From: Candidatus Latescibacterota bacterium
GTDB taxonomy: Bacteria; Latescibacterota; UBA2968
Reading direction: 5' to 3'
Length of the DNA stretch: 64,000 bases
NCBI GenBank assembly: GCA_965208125.1
Contig: OZ242320.1
Location: forward strand, 4,032,001 to 4,096,000
Shown here: positions 39,850 through 50,359 of the stretch, in pieces
How the letters are laid out: each line of letters begins with the position of its first letter
Position numbering within the stretch: the first letter of the stretch is position 1
Position numbers and translations under genes: made by a program
Notes under the pieces: generated by a model
What the model saw: the letters and a program-made list of their open reading frames with translations, nothing else
Told to the model about the DNA's origin: nothing
The model's database searches: none

Positions 39850-42651
39850 CTACAGTGCATGGGAGAGGCGGAGGTATAAATACCTGCCTAAGAAATCGTA
39901 GGTATTGGCATCGGACGTGCCGAGGAAACCATTGTATATCACTGCTGGTGCCTGATTGAGGACATTATTTATTCCGATTGTGAGTACGGAGTGACCAAAG
40001 GCTGTACCCAGTTGGTATGATCCATGCATACTAAAGATGCTGTTGGGACTGACTTTGCGACTCGGTGGTATTTCTGTCACATCCGGGCGGTACATGCCCT
40101 TGCAGTCGTCATCTTCGCATTCCTCAAATCCGCCGATGTATCGCCAGGTCAGCCCAATGGAAGAACGGTGATTCTCTACGCCAACTGAAGCGGCGTGACG
40201 CCAGCCTGGGAATACGCCCAGGTCGTAGTAGCCCTTGCCTTTGACTAACTCGGGACCGTTGGCGGAAGGCAGGATTTGATCATAATTCACGAGCAGATTG
40301 CTCTCTATTTGAGCTGAGACAATACCCAGAGGTGAGTCAGTAGCGTAATGGAGTCCGATATCCATGCCGCTGGTTTCGGTTTCGCCAACGTTGGTGTTGG
40401 GTGATGAGATGTAATTAATCAGCCCGGTGTTTGGGTCGCGCACGACTTGATCACAGTTGGATGGCGTGTCCTGCGAGTAGCAGTTACTCAAGATGAGGCT
40501 GGCAGGTAATGCGCCGATCTCACTCGTGATCGCGGTGGTATAGTAATCCACGGTTATATCGAATCCATCCAGAAAGCCCGGCTGATAGACCAGACCTGCT
40601 GTGAGCATTGTGGCCTTTTCCGGATCGAGATCCGTGCTGCCACTGAACTGGGCTCGCAGTTGTGCCCGTGAATCCTCAAAGTCAGATGGGATGCCTTGAT
40701 CTGCACAATTTCGCATTTGCTGAGCAGTCAACGCTCGGGCATTGCCCGCTTCATCGACCGAACTACAGGGATCGCTGACCAGCGGGAAGCCATCGCTGTT
40801 GCCGAGGAACATTTCGGCGATGCTGGGGGCGCGAAAAGCATTGGAGTATGTGGCACGAAATGCCAATCCTTGAGGCAATTCGAGACGAGTCCCCGCTTTA
40901 TATGTAGAGCCGTAGCCGAACGAATCGTAGTGGAAAATGCGTCCAGCGGCTATTAAATCGAGGCCAACTTCCCCCGCTTTGTAGAGCGGCAAATGGGCTT
41001 CTGCATACAAAGCCTTGACCGAGTACGCACCATCGGTGGGTGCTTCGTCACTGCCGGTAGTATTTCCCGATGCGGTTATGGGATCGGGAAGATAGGCTCC
41101 CGCTTCCCAGCGCGAAGATAGACCAGCGGCTATGACCAGTGGACCGGCCGAGAGTTGTGCGATCTCACCGGTCAGATTCCACTGTAGGATTTGCTGTTGA
41201 GAGTAGCCCCTGGCGATACCGGCATATTGGATGTAGTCTAACATCTCCTGGGTGATTGTGCCAGCACCGTGGAGTATATCCAGTGGTACGCAGTCGCCGG
41301 TACAATCTTCGTCTGGCCCCAGTGCCCGCACGAGATTGCTGATTATAAATCGCCCCTCGTTGACGCTGGTACCTTCGCTGCGTCCATAAGAAAAAGACAG
41401 ATCAGCGTCAAAGCCTATGAGATGATGGTCCAAACCGAGGACGATGCGATAGGTATCGATATCCTGGAGATAGTTGCGATTGCCCGCTTCGAGAAAACGC
41501 CGCCGAACATCTATAAAATCGCGGCCAAATTCGTTGTAACGGTTGGTGGCTGACACTACGATGCCGTCGCTGATGGTGAACAAGGGCGTCGGGGCCAGCT
41601 TTTGGTCGGATTGGCGATTGGTGTACGATACCTCGAAGAAAGTTTTCGCACCTTCTGTGAATTTGTAAGCACCACTAAAAAAGGAGCTGTAGCGCGTCTG
41701 TGGGGTGTAGAGGTAATTCTCCGGTTGATAATTGTACGTGTCACCGCTCCCATCCGAGGAGATTCCCGCCCAATTAAAGGGTCGCCAGCCGGTATTTGGA
41801 TCGCGGTGGTAATCACCGGCGTCCTCGCCAGCCGCCGCAACGACCGCCTGCCAGGCTTCGTTGCCCTCGGTGCCCAGGCGGTCAATAATGTGGCCTTCCG
41901 GGGTGGCCGAACTACCGTTTTTGTTATAGGTGCCGTCGTTTTTTCCCCAGTCGTAGTTTTTGTCCGATACGCTGAAACTGCGGTCGCCGGTCCAGACAGG
42001 CCTCCGGTTGTGGTAGCCTGCCGAAAACAATATGTGGCCTTTTTCGCTTTGCAAACCGGCGGTTATGCTGAGGTCGCGGACTTCGCCATCACCTGCACCT
42101 GAAATCCCCTCATAGTAATCTATCTCTACCCCTTCCATATCTGACCGGGTGATGATATTGATCACCCCTCCAATGGCGTCTGATCCATATACGGCCGAGG
42201 CTCCATCCTTGAGAATTTCGACGCGTTCGATGACTGAAGCGGGAATAGAATTGAGATCAACGGATGAATTTGCGCCTGTTCCGCCCGGCACGAAACGACG
42301 TCCATTGACCAATACCAGGGTGCGATTAGAGCCGAGTCCGCGCAGATTAATCCGGGTAGAGCCATCGCCACCGTTGTTGGACTGGGTATTGGTCGCGTTG
42401 GATTGTACTGTGAGTGTTTGTAGCACATCGCCAATGGAAGTCAATCCCCGAGCTTTGATTTCGTCACTGGATAGGACGACGACTGGCGCAGGCGAAAGAT
42501 TCTCTGCGCTTTTGATGCGGGAACCAGTTACGACAATCTCTTCAAATTCGTAGGTTTTAGGCTCGTCGGACGATTCTTTAACATCCTCTGCGAACACTGG
42601 TGTAATAAAGACGATGGCGATTATTTGCCAGAATATGTGCTTCACACTCAT
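39850..42651 (-). CDS. TonB-dependent receptor
   Basis: Signal peptide; EEIVVTGSRI; plug LRGLG..RTLVLVNGRR, ERVEILKDGASAVYGSDAIGGVINII; LDPE. Confidence 0.95.
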   Translation of the reverse strand: MSVKHIFWQIIAIVFITPVFAEDVKESSDEPKTYEFEEIVVTGSRIKSAENLSPAPVVVLSSDEIKARGLTSIGDVLQTLTVQSNATNTQSNNGGDGSTRINLRGLGSNRTLVLVNGRRFVPGGTGANSSVDLNSIPASVIERVEILKDGASAVYGSDAIGGVINIITRSDMEGVEIDYYEGISGAGDGEVRDLSITAGLQSEKGHILFSAGYHNRRPVWTGDRSFSVSDKNYDWGKNDGTYNKNGSSATPEGHIIDRLGTEGNEAWQAVVAAAGEDAGDYHRDPNTGWRPFNWAGISSDGSGDTYNYQPENYLYTPQTRYSSFFSGAYKFTEGAKTFFEVSYTNRQSDQKLAPTPLFTISDGIVVSATNRYNEFGRDFIDVRRRFLEAGNRNYLQDIDTYRIVLGLDHHLIGFDADLSFSYGRSEGTSVNEGRFIISNLVRALGPDEDCTGDCVPLDILHGAGTITQEMLDYIQYAGIARGYSQQQILQWNLTGEIAQLSAGPLVIAAGLSSRWEAGAYLPDPITASGNTTGSDEAPTDGAYSVKALYAEAHLPLYKAGEVGLDLIAAGRIFHYDSFGYGSTYKAGTRLELPQGLAFRATYSNAFRAPSIAEMFLGNSDGFPLVSDPCSSVDEAGNARALTAQQMRNCADQGIPSDFEDSRAQLRAQFSGSTDLDPEKATMLTAGLVYQPGFLDGFDITVDYYTTAITSEIGALPASLILSNCYSQDTPSNCDQVVRDPNTGLINYISSPNTNVGETETSGMDIGLHYATDSPLGIVSAQIESNLLVNYDQILPSANGPELVKGKGYYDLGVFPGWRHAASVGVENHRSSIGLTWRYIGGFEECEDDDCKGMYRPDVTEIPPSRKVSPNSIFSMHGSYQLGTAFGHSVLTIGINNVLNQAPAVIYNGFLGTSDANTYDFLGRYLYLRLSHAL

Positions 42652-42682
42652 CCATACCTCGCGATTGGAGAATGACAATTTT

Positions 42683-43639
42683 TTAGCCACTGCACGCATA
42701 CGCATCAAATACAATTTTTAAATCGCGTTTTGCGCGTGCAAAATCCGAATATGGCTGACGTGAGCGATTTTGAAGGCAGGATAAAAAATCTGCCGTCATC
42801 GCGCGATAGCCCATCAAATCTTTTAGACCGGGCCAGAGAATCCGAAAGCCTTTCTGGGGTTTGCGTATATAAATACCATTGCTTTCAAAAACAATGCGTC
42901 CGTGTGATCCTTCGATATAAGAATGTTGAAAAACGCCTTTTGTCAAACTGGGTGTTTGCCACGAGTAATGCAATTCGCCAATTGCGCCAGTGGGATAGAC
43001 CATTCTCACGACAGATTCGCGCTCTGGTGTATTGCCTGAATAGCCCGGGAATATCGCTTCGACCTGTTCGGGTACTGCATCGAATAGATCTGAAATCAGG
43101 GCGATAAAATGAATACCGCCTTCCAGCAAAGCACCATGAGCGCTTTTCCAACCCTGCGCTTGCTGCGTTGTGAGCTTTTTAACTGAGACTGAACGCATTT
43201 CGCCGATATCGCCCTGGGCGACCATGTGTTTGATGTACGATAGCGAGGGTTTGTAATAATAATTCTCCGCGATCATCAATAAGGGGGTCTCGACCCGTTC
43301 CAGCGCGGTCTCGATCTCGACAATTTCCTCTGGCGAGATGCACATCGGTTTTTCGACGAGTACGGCTTTGCCAGCTTCTAATAATGCGATTACCTGGTCT
43401 TTGTGATGCTCTGGCGGGGAAGCGATTACTACGGCATCCACATCGCTTTCCAATACGGCGTTCAGATCGTCAAAGATGCCCTCGCCCTTAAATTTGAGAT
43501 TGAACTTGTACGCGCTTACCCGCGACCGACTGCAAAAATACAACACCGCCCGCCATTGCAAGTTTTTCGCATGAAGCGCGCCGATATTCCCACAACCCAG
43601 GATGCAGATACGCGGTTTTTTATACGTTAGGTGATCCAT
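42683..43639 (-). CDS. Gfo/Idh/MocA oxidoreductase
   Basis: GCGNIG, VLVEKP, GIHF. Confidence 0.9.
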   Translation of the reverse strand: MDHLTYKKPRICILGCGNIGALHAKNLQWRAVLYFCSRSRVSAYKFNLKFKGEGIFDDLNAVLESDVDAVVIASPPEHHKDQVIALLEAGKAVLVEKPMCISPEEIVEIETALERVETPLLMIAENYYYKPSLSYIKHMVAQGDIGEMRSVSVKKLTTQQAQGWKSAHGALLEGGIHFIALISDLFDAVPEQVEAIFPGYSGNTPERESVVRMVYPTGAIGELHYSWQTPSLTKGVFQHSYIEGSHGRIVFESNGIYIRKPQKGFRILWPGLKDLMGYRAMTADFLSCLQNRSRQPYSDFARAKRDLKIVFDAYACSG

Positions 43640-43645
43640 TAATGT

Positions 43646-44035
43646 TCATACCTGTTGACCAAGACAATAGCACAATCCGTCCGGTGCGATGACGAAGAAT
43701 ATGCGGAAGGATTTATCGCCGTGTTGGTCAACCCGATAATCGGGGTCGTCATTTTGCAGTCCATTGTTTTTCAATTCGTTGAAGGCGGCTTCGACATCAT
43801 CTACTTCAAAAAAACAACCCTCTTGGGTCGGATCACCACCATTTTCCGCCAGGCCGATCTGGATATCGTCTCTTGCGAGTATCGCGGATTTACAGGGCGC
43901 ATCCTGCCGAGATACGACCTGAAATCCCATGATTGTTTCGTAAAAAGGGATGGCTTCTTCCAGGTTCTCAACGGGGAGATTCAGGGCGTCTTGCAAGTAG
44001 GGTGAGGCTGTTTTAAATATAGATTTAGTTTTCAC
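43646..44035 (-). CDS. VOC/glyoxalase family protein
   Basis: PVENLEEAIPFYE..MGF, FEVDDVE, APDG. Confidence 0.85.
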   Translation of the reverse strand: MKTKSIFKTASPYLQDALNLPVENLEEAIPFYETIMGFQVVSRQDAPCKSAILARDDIQIGLAENGGDPTQEGCFFEVDDVEAAFNELKNNGLQNDDPDYRVDQHGDKSFRIFFVIAPDGLCYCLGQQV

Positions 44036-44092
44036 ACTTATCTCCTTCTCTCTGAATCTATGAAAAAATCACAATTGCAAATAGGTGATGGT

Positions 44093-45934
44093 TCATTCCT
44101 TCTTCCAGGCTGTGGCTCGGGCTGTCCCTTCCGCAGGTACAGCCACACGCACGGTCAGCACGGTATATCTCTCATCGTCGCTGGTGACCATCGTTTCCAG
44201 ACGTCCGCCATCCACCGCGTACCCTCCTGCTGGTAGCACGAATGTCACCCGGCAATCGGGAAACGCGTCTTCCAGAATATTAGTCACTGTGGCCGTCACT
44301 TTGTCGTGTTTCCCGTCGTTACCCGGATCGTATGTCACGCTAAGTGGCGGTGGCCCCGCTCGATCAAAAGGAATGGGAGCAACTGCATCTCCTCGATAGG
44401 TCGCCGATGTTACATGACCATCTTTAAAACGCACCACCCGAAAACTGCTGCTATTGCTTTTGCCCACCCGAGTCGTGGGTGTGGCTCCAATGGTCATCAC
44501 CTTTTCCCCGGGGCCATGCGCGTCGTGGATCAGCTTTGCCTTATGCCTATCCAGAAATGTCTCTACCGGCGCATTGTGCTCGAATGCGTTGATTATCTTG
44601 ATCTTAGCCTTCGCCCGAGAGGATAGAAGCGCGTTGGCTTGCGATAGATCCACATGCCAGGGATGTCCGAAATTCAGGATGCATAGGTTTGGCCCATAAT
44701 CGATGATTCCCACCTGATCTCCATACCACCTCTCGTGTCCGTAAAATTGGTGATTGCCGAATGTGATCGCATAGGGCATCTCCAGCACCAGATGTGATCC
44801 CGAGATATACGCCGGGTTCACCGCATTGCTAATCAGGACCATATCCGGTGCGATCAGGTTGGCGACTTCGGCCAGTTGTCTCTCGTATTCCGCCTGGTAC
44901 TGTCCCTGCGTGTCCAGGTGTCCAAACGTCATAAATACAGGATCTTTCGGATAGTCTCGAACGACGTACACGCTTCTGGGAGACTGTCGCGTGAAATCTC
45001 CCCGTGATCCGGACACCCTTATCGATAGATCGTATAACCCCGGTGGTATGTCTTGAGGTAGCTTTACCGTACCTTCCCGATCGTAGTAGAATCTCGCGCT
45101 TGGGTCTTCCTCAAATGCTACCGTGCGTGAGATCGTAGCTGGCCCAACCCGACGCGACAACTTCACTTGTCCTATCGTGTGATCGTAGGCCCCCAACCGC
45201 ACCCGAAAAGATTCACCGAGCCGACGGATGGCCGGGTGCCCCAGAACTGGGAATCGGAAGCCTTGTGGTCTGGTCTCCGGGTTCCGGTGTAGATATACTG
45301 GTGGCAGGCGCGTTTCTTTTCCTTTTTGAATCGCGATTTCTTCAATTTTTTGAGACTCCCATCCGTACGCAATCAGTTCCAGTGAATATCCCTTTCCTGC
45401 GGGTAGGCCGGTCAGACGACACGCCCCCGATAGCCAGTTCCGCACCAGCGTGTTCCGCACTATTTGACCACCCTGGCGTACCACCGCTCGTGCATCTACG
45501 AAGAATCCATTTTCCTCGCCGTTGAGTACAAATGACAGCTCTCCAGAATGCTCCGCCAGAACTCGAAATCCAGATATACGGCAGCCCATCTCGCCCCTGT
45601 TCTGAAGATGCTCAACGCGTACCAGGTGGTTCCCTTGTGTCAGTCCCCTCGCCAGTACCACCTCTCGTGCTTCGTTCCCCGGATACAAGATGCGCGGACT
45701 CCCATCATCTACTGTCACAATTAGTTTTCCCAGAGAAGGTCTTCCGTAGGCCGACACGGCGTGCTGTCCCAGACCAAGTGCCACTCCTGTACCGGTAAAT
45801 TCAAACGTCAAGGCAGCGCCATTATCCTCCGTCTCCAGACAGGCTGTCTCGGCATACCGAAACAGGCTCTCCCACCACGTACCTGATTGCAGCACACGGG
45901 CTGTATCCAGGGCTGATACCCACTCCTTATTCAT
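44093..45934 (-). CDS. Multidomain protein with degenerate metallophosphoesterase-like C-terminal region
   Basis: Beta-rich N-terminal modules; FGHLD, PDMVLIS, FGNH, HDAH. Confidence 0.55.
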   Translation of the reverse strand: MNKEWVSALDTARVLQSGTWWESLFRYAETACLETEDNGAALTFEFTGTGVALGLGQHAVSAYGRPSLGKLIVTVDDGSPRILYPGNEAREVVLARGLTQGNHLVRVEHLQNRGEMGCRISGFRVLAEHSGELSFVLNGEENGFFVDARAVVRQGGQIVRNTLVRNWLSGACRLTGLPAGKGYSLELIAYGWESQKIEEIAIQKGKETRLPPVYLHRNPETRPQGFRFPVLGHPAIRRLGESFRVRLGAYDHTIGQVKLSRRVGPATISRTVAFEEDPSARFYYDREGTVKLPQDIPPGLYDLSIRVSGSRGDFTRQSPRSVYVVRDYPKDPVFMTFGHLDTQGQYQAEYERQLAEVANLIAPDMVLISNAVNPAYISGSHLVLEMPYAITFGNHQFYGHERWYGDQVGIIDYGPNLCILNFGHPWHVDLSQANALLSSRAKAKIKIINAFEHNAPVETFLDRHKAKLIHDAHGPGEKVMTIGATPTTRVGKSNSSSFRVVRFKDGHVTSATYRGDAVAPIPFDRAGPPPLSVTYDPGNDGKHDKVTATVTNILEDAFPDCRVTFVLPAGGYAVDGGRLETMVTSDDERYTVLTVRVAVPAEGTARATAWKKE

Positions 45935-45952
45935 TGGAGTTCATCCCCCTCA

Positions 45953-46840
45953 TTAGACCTCTCTCGCAACAACATCCAGATCCCATTTCTGCCAGTAATA
46001 TTTGACCGGATCGCTCTCGTCCCATTTTCCGTATACATCTTCCCAGGTCAGCCAATTCATGTGCGGCTGTAGTGAATCCTCTCGGACTGGATGGCTTCGC
46101 GGTTGATATCGGTAATCAGATGAAATCCGCAGACGGTCTGCAGACTCGTTATCGCGCCCCTGATGAATGGTCAGGCTGTGTAGAATAATTACGTCACCGC
46201 ACATATAGTCGCCACCGACCCAGACGGAATCCTCTTCGACGGAAACTTGGCGGCCACCTGGTCCCACGCCTTCGAATGTCTCCAGTTTACCTCGCCGATG
46301 TGATCCGCGGGCGAGAGCGAGTCCACCGAGTTCTTCTGGACAATCACCATAGGGGATCCAGGCTGTCCATGTCTCGTCCGATCCTCCAATGAAGTAGTTG
46401 TCCTGATGCGGAGGGGTCGAATGGGTATCTGTATCGGGGAAGACAAGGCGGCAGATGTTTCGGCTGTGCGGGAGCACATGTTCGCCGAATAGAACTTCAA
46501 ACGCCCGAATTAGAGGGGGTTCGAGTGCCAGTGCGTGAAAGTCTCGAATTTTCAGTACATCATCATAAAATGCCTGCCAGCGCGGGTCTTTGCTCTCGAC
46601 GACCTGAATGTCGGGATTTGCAATGCCCTCTGTCAGTTCGGAGCCTTCCATCAGCCATCCGTGATCCCGACAGACGCCGAGGATCTGATGCCGAACTTCG
46701 ATTACGCGTTCCGGATTGAGCAGGTTGCGAAAGAACAGATACCCATTCTCTTTTGCCTGTTGTCGAAGCTTCTCAGGATTCAGCAACAAATCCGTCGCAT
46801 CCTCAAGTGCCTCGATCTGTTTCATCTCAATCATTGCCAT
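45953..46840 (-). CDS. PhyH family oxygenase
   Basis: GYLFFR, PHQD, GSH, IHQG, RISSDYRYQ. Confidence 0.9.
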   Translation of the reverse strand: MAMIEMKQIEALEDATDLLLNPEKLRQQAKENGYLFFRNLLNPERVIEVRHQILGVCRDHGWLMEGSELTEGIANPDIQVVESKDPRWQAFYDDVLKIRDFHALALEPPLIRAFEVLFGEHVLPHSRNICRLVFPDTDTHSTPPHQDNYFIGGSDETWTAWIPYGDCPEELGGLALARGSHRRGKLETFEGVGPGGRQVSVEEDSVWVGGDYMCGDVIILHSLTIHQGRDNESADRLRISSDYRYQPRSHPVREDSLQPHMNWLTWEDVYGKWDESDPVKYYWQKWDLDVVAREV

Positions 46841-46903
46841 ATAATGGTCTCCTTCCTATAGTGATTATCGTCCAGTGAATCCTATATATCGCATCTGAAG
46901 CGA

Positions 46904-47608
46904 TCAATTGCTGGTTGTCTGTGTAACGGTAATCTGTGTAACGGTCGGCATGATGACAGTTGCCATGACGGCTGCCTGCATCGCCGCTATGGCTTCTTTC
47001 GCCGCCGGTCCCGTGGCTTCACCATTAATAATTCGTTCGATTCGTGCTTTGCGGTCTCTTAGGCCCTTTTTATCGAAGACCATTTCCAGAAGCCCTGCGC
47101 TATTCATCAGTGACACAAGAATGACTGTTCGTGGCTCGACATCTCTGGTGTCAGTAAAGATAGCCAGACGTAAACGCTCAACCAGATTCTTTCTTGGTTG
47201 TAGATTAATCTGGGAATAAAGCTTTCGCTTGAAGATGAACAAAACCTTGTCTTCAGTTGCCTGAAGGGTACCCCGACTGCACAGTTGTGCGGCAACCCGG
47301 TGTTTGAGATCCTTTATCCTGGCAAACCGCGAAACCCAATCACGAAGTGATGCACGTCTTTTTGCGCTGGTGATTTTTTCAAGGCATTCGTCAATTACAG
47401 GTTCACCGATGGGTGTAGTACTGACAGGATTGACGAGTTTTTTTTTCGTTTCTTCAACACGGATGAGATTGCTTAACAAAAGCTCAGCCAGGATGGCTGC
47501 ACCTATCGCGTACAGGTATTTGGCCTCCAATGCCAACGTGCCTTTCTCCTCTTGCAAAGCCAATAGCGTGATCTCTTCGTGTAAGAAGAGTGTGTCCTGA
47601 GTTTCCAT
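46904..47608 (-). CDS. GPP34/GOLPH3-Vps74 family protein
   Basis: LHEEITLLAL, GAAILAELL, L...G.L, LF....Y, R...L..L. Confidence 0.82.
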   Translation of the reverse strand: METQDTLFLHEEITLLALQEEKGTLALEAKYLYAIGAAILAELLLSNLIRVEETKKKLVNPVSTTPIGEPVIDECLEKITSAKRRASLRDWVSRFARIKDLKHRVAAQLCSRGTLQATEDKVLFIFKRKLYSQINLQPRKNLVERLRLAIFTDTRDVEPRTVILVSLMNSAGLLEMVFDKKGLRDRKARIERIINGEATGPAAKEAIAAMQAAVMATVIMPTVTQITVTQTTSN

Positions 47609-47630
47609 GATGGAATCCTTTTTACAAAAG

Positions 47631-47999
47631 TCAAGATAGGGCTGTGGGGGATAGCTCCTGGATCTCATCTGGTTCGGGCATGGATGGGAATTGGACTGCT
47701 TTTATGGTTTTACGCCCTTCAAGTATCGCTTTGCACAGGCGATGGCCGCCATCCATGAGTGAGCTATCTGCATTTAGAATGATAGGATATTTCAGGGATG
47801 CAGTGTTAATTTTTTTACAATGCCGCGCGATCTCTCTTAGTGTGGGTTTCTTTTGCCCAAACCAGCAGTCTTCGTCTAATTCTTTGATTGATGATATTTC
47901 AATTTCAAATGGAGGAAGATCTCTGGACTGTCTCCAGAGTTTTTCGGTGTACCACACGAGCCGTTTACCATCGCGTATTGTGCTGTGTTTTTGCGGCAC
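47631..47999 (-). CDS. Small ParB/Srx-fold protein
   Basis: YPIIL.....MDGGHRLCKA; AGGAGG RBS with GTG start. Confidence 0.65.
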   Translation of the reverse strand: MPQKHSTIRDGKRLVWYTEKLWRQSRDLPPFEIEISSIKELDEDCWFGQKKPTLREIARHCKKINTASLKYPIILNADSSLMDGGHRLCKAILEGRKTIKAVQFPSMPEPDEIQELSPTALS

Positions 48000-48016
48000 G
48001 ATTCCTCCTTTGAATT

Positions 48017-48532
48017 TCAGACCATATTCAGGTTATATCGAATTTCTCTAAGTTCTACCTCTCCACGGGCTCCCACTTTTTGCACGTCCTCCGCAGCGAA
48101 TCCGAATTTTTGATAGAAAGAAATTGCTCTCTGGTTGGTATCGAGAACCCAGACTTTTACTGTCGAGCAATTCATTTCACGCAGGACTGAGAGAGAAGCC
48201 TCCATCAGTTTTCGGCCAATGCCGCGGTCCCAGAATTCTTCAAGGGCGTAGATCGCATAGACTTCGCCAACGGAGTTTTTATCCAGTCCTTCATCTCGTA
48301 CGGGGCCAAAGCTGCTGAATGCAACGATTCTTTGCTCTGCTTCGGCTACAAGTACTTTATTTGAAGGAGATCTCAGAAGTTGGTGCCAATCCTTCTCTCT
48401 GCGGTCAACAGACAAGTTATCGAGAAAGTCGTCGGGCACTTGCCCCTTATACGCGGCTTGCCATGATCGAACGTGGACTTCGGCCAGGCCTCTGGCATCG
48501 CTTTTGGAAGGTTCTCGGATTATCATTGCCAT
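48017..48532 (-). CDS. GNAT acetyltransferase
   Basis: RSWQAAY, RGIGRKL, VWVL..N.RAI.FY.KFGF. Confidence 0.9.
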   Translation of the reverse strand: MAMIIREPSKSDARGLAEVHVRSWQAAYKGQVPDDFLDNLSVDRREKDWHQLLRSPSNKVLVAEAEQRIVAFSSFGPVRDEGLDKNSVGEVYAIYALEEFWDRGIGRKLMEASLSVLREMNCSTVKVWVLDTNQRAISFYQKFGFAAEDVQKVGARGEVELREIRYNLNMV

Positions 48533-48576
48533 GGTTGGAGATCTCTTTAATCTCGGAGTGGCGGATCGCGCTTTCC

Positions 48577-49518
48577 TCATTCCTTGAGAGCATCTCTTAC
48601 GGTCCTGGCGAGTTCCGGGTGCTTCTGCAGGGTGCTCAAGCGAGAGATGACGAGATTGCCGCTGCCGTATTTCAGGGCGATTTCTATTTCCTTGGCAAGG
48701 CGTTCGGGCGTGCGCACGAAGCCAGGCAAGTCGTGGATGCCGATAAAGGGGACAAAGCGGTTGATCGCCGGATTTTCCAGACGCTTCATTTCGGCGGCTT
48801 CCATTTCAACGCGTTCGAGTCGCCATTCGGGGGGATAGAACCAGGAGATGGTCTGTGTGCAATAGTCGAGTTTGTATTTGGCGCCAATGTATTCGTCGGG
48901 CAGGAAGTGCGGCCAGACGTGGTTGGTGACGATGGCATTGGGATCTATGGATTTAGCGTGGTCGTAGAGGAGGCGGTGAACGTCAATGAGTGTTTGCGTG
49001 GATACTTTTCCCATGATTTCGATGTCGGACAGGTCGGGGGTTTGCTCGCGCGCTTCTTTACGGAGGGTTTCACAGCGGTCACAGAAACAGGCGTAGTAGT
49101 TGACAAAGCCAAAGCCGTCGAGGGCGATCCCGTCGGCGATTTCGAGGGCGCGCTCAACCCGCTTCTTGAGTTCGGCCTGCGATTCGGGATGCTCGAAACA
49201 GAGGACTGTTCTCGGTAAGACGAACGATTGCCAGCGGTAGCTCTCTCCATGCGGTTGTCCGACAATGGCGTCCGAAATTTTGTATTCGAATTCGCGCATT
49301 TTCTGAAGGCAATGCGGATAGGTATTTTCAAAGTCGTCGTCGGAATAGGGGAAGACGGTGGCGATGATCTGGATGTCTCGTTTATGGGCGCGTGCGACCA
49401 TTTCAGGAGTGGCGCTATTGGTAACAAGCGTGTTGAAGCCAAGGTTAGCCACAAAATCGACGGCTTGTTCGCGTTCGGTGTCGGTTCTGAGACGGTCGAT
49501 GGCCCAGACGGCTTTCAT
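48577..49518 (-). CDS. Putative glycoside hydrolase-like TIM barrel
   Basis: LGFNTL, LCFEHP, DGIALD, ACFCDRC metal motif. Confidence 0.5.
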   Translation of the reverse strand: MKAVWAIDRLRTDTEREQAVDFVANLGFNTLVTNSATPEMVARAHKRDIQIIATVFPYSDDDFENTYPHCLQKMREFEYKISDAIVGQPHGESYRWQSFVLPRTVLCFEHPESQAELKKRVERALEIADGIALDGFGFVNYYACFCDRCETLRKEAREQTPDLSDIEIMGKVSTQTLIDVHRLLYDHAKSIDPNAIVTNHVWPHFLPDEYIGAKYKLDYCTQTISWFYPPEWRLERVEMEAAEMKRLENPAINRFVPFIGIHDLPGFVRTPERLAKEIEIALKYGSGNLVISRLSTLQKHPELARTVRDALKE

Positions 49519-49560
49519 AGGATGATGTCCTTGTATATCCTTCTTAAGCCAAATGGTATT

Positions 49561-50334
49561 TTAATCAGGAAGGAGATGAAGTTTATCAGGTGGCAGATGA
49601 TTCTTTAGTTCTCGCAGGTGTCTTTGGCTTTGTTCAGCTAACTGAGCATACAGGGGGAATGTGGTGCCTTTTGCTCTGAACTCCACGACCAAAAGCCTGC
49701 GCTCTCGATGTCCCGGTGTTACCGATCCGCCGTGGACGACTGGGCCCGAAATCAGGGAGGCTTGCCCCTGTTTTGCAAAGACAGGAATGGGATCTTCGTA
49801 TTCCAGATTGGGAGGTACTTGCTTAAGTTCGTGGTTGTTGTCGGATGGGTGATCGTCCATGTAACGCATTACCTGTAAGTGGCTGCCAGGGCGATAGTAT
49901 AATGGACAATTGTCGGCATGGACATCGGTTAGCCATACGAAAAAGCTGCTGGGCATGGGGACGGGTGTGCTCTGGGCGGCAGAAGTTCTACACTTGAAAT
50001 CAACGTGTTCTGGTTCGAGTTCTGTCTGTGCGTTGGGCCTGGGTTTTGTCACGCGCAGGGATACCAATGTTAGTTCGACGGCCTCAGTGCACAAGATTGT
50101 CTTTGAAACGCACTCGAAAAATGGATCACAGACAAGTCTCAATAGTTCAGGTTGGAGGACATCGCCCTTATACCATCCAAAAGCATCCTCTCGTTCTTCA
50201 GGGAAGAAATCAGAGTCATCGATTGCATCAATGGCCTTATTCGCAGCGTTGAGTAATGAGCGAGGAAAATCTGGCGATAGGGTCACGAGACCATCGGTCT
50301 GAAATCGCTCAATTTCGGTTTGATCAATGCTCAT
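49561..50334 (-). CDS. PhyH family oxygenase
   Basis: FQTDGLV, EHVD, PGSH, VHGG, RRLL. Confidence 0.82.
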   Translation of the reverse strand: MSIDQTEIERFQTDGLVTLSPDFPRSLLNAANKAIDAIDDSDFFPEEREDAFGWYKGDVLQPELLRLVCDPFFECVSKTILCTEAVELTLVSLRVTKPRPNAQTELEPEHVDFKCRTSAAQSTPVPMPSSFFVWLTDVHADNCPLYYRPGSHLQVMRYMDDHPSDNNHELKQVPPNLEYEDPIPVFAKQGQASLISGPVVHGGSVTPGHRERRLLVVEFRAKGTTFPLYAQLAEQSQRHLRELKNHLPPDKLHLLPD

Positions 50335-50359
50335 GATTTACATCTCCTGTTACATCCGC

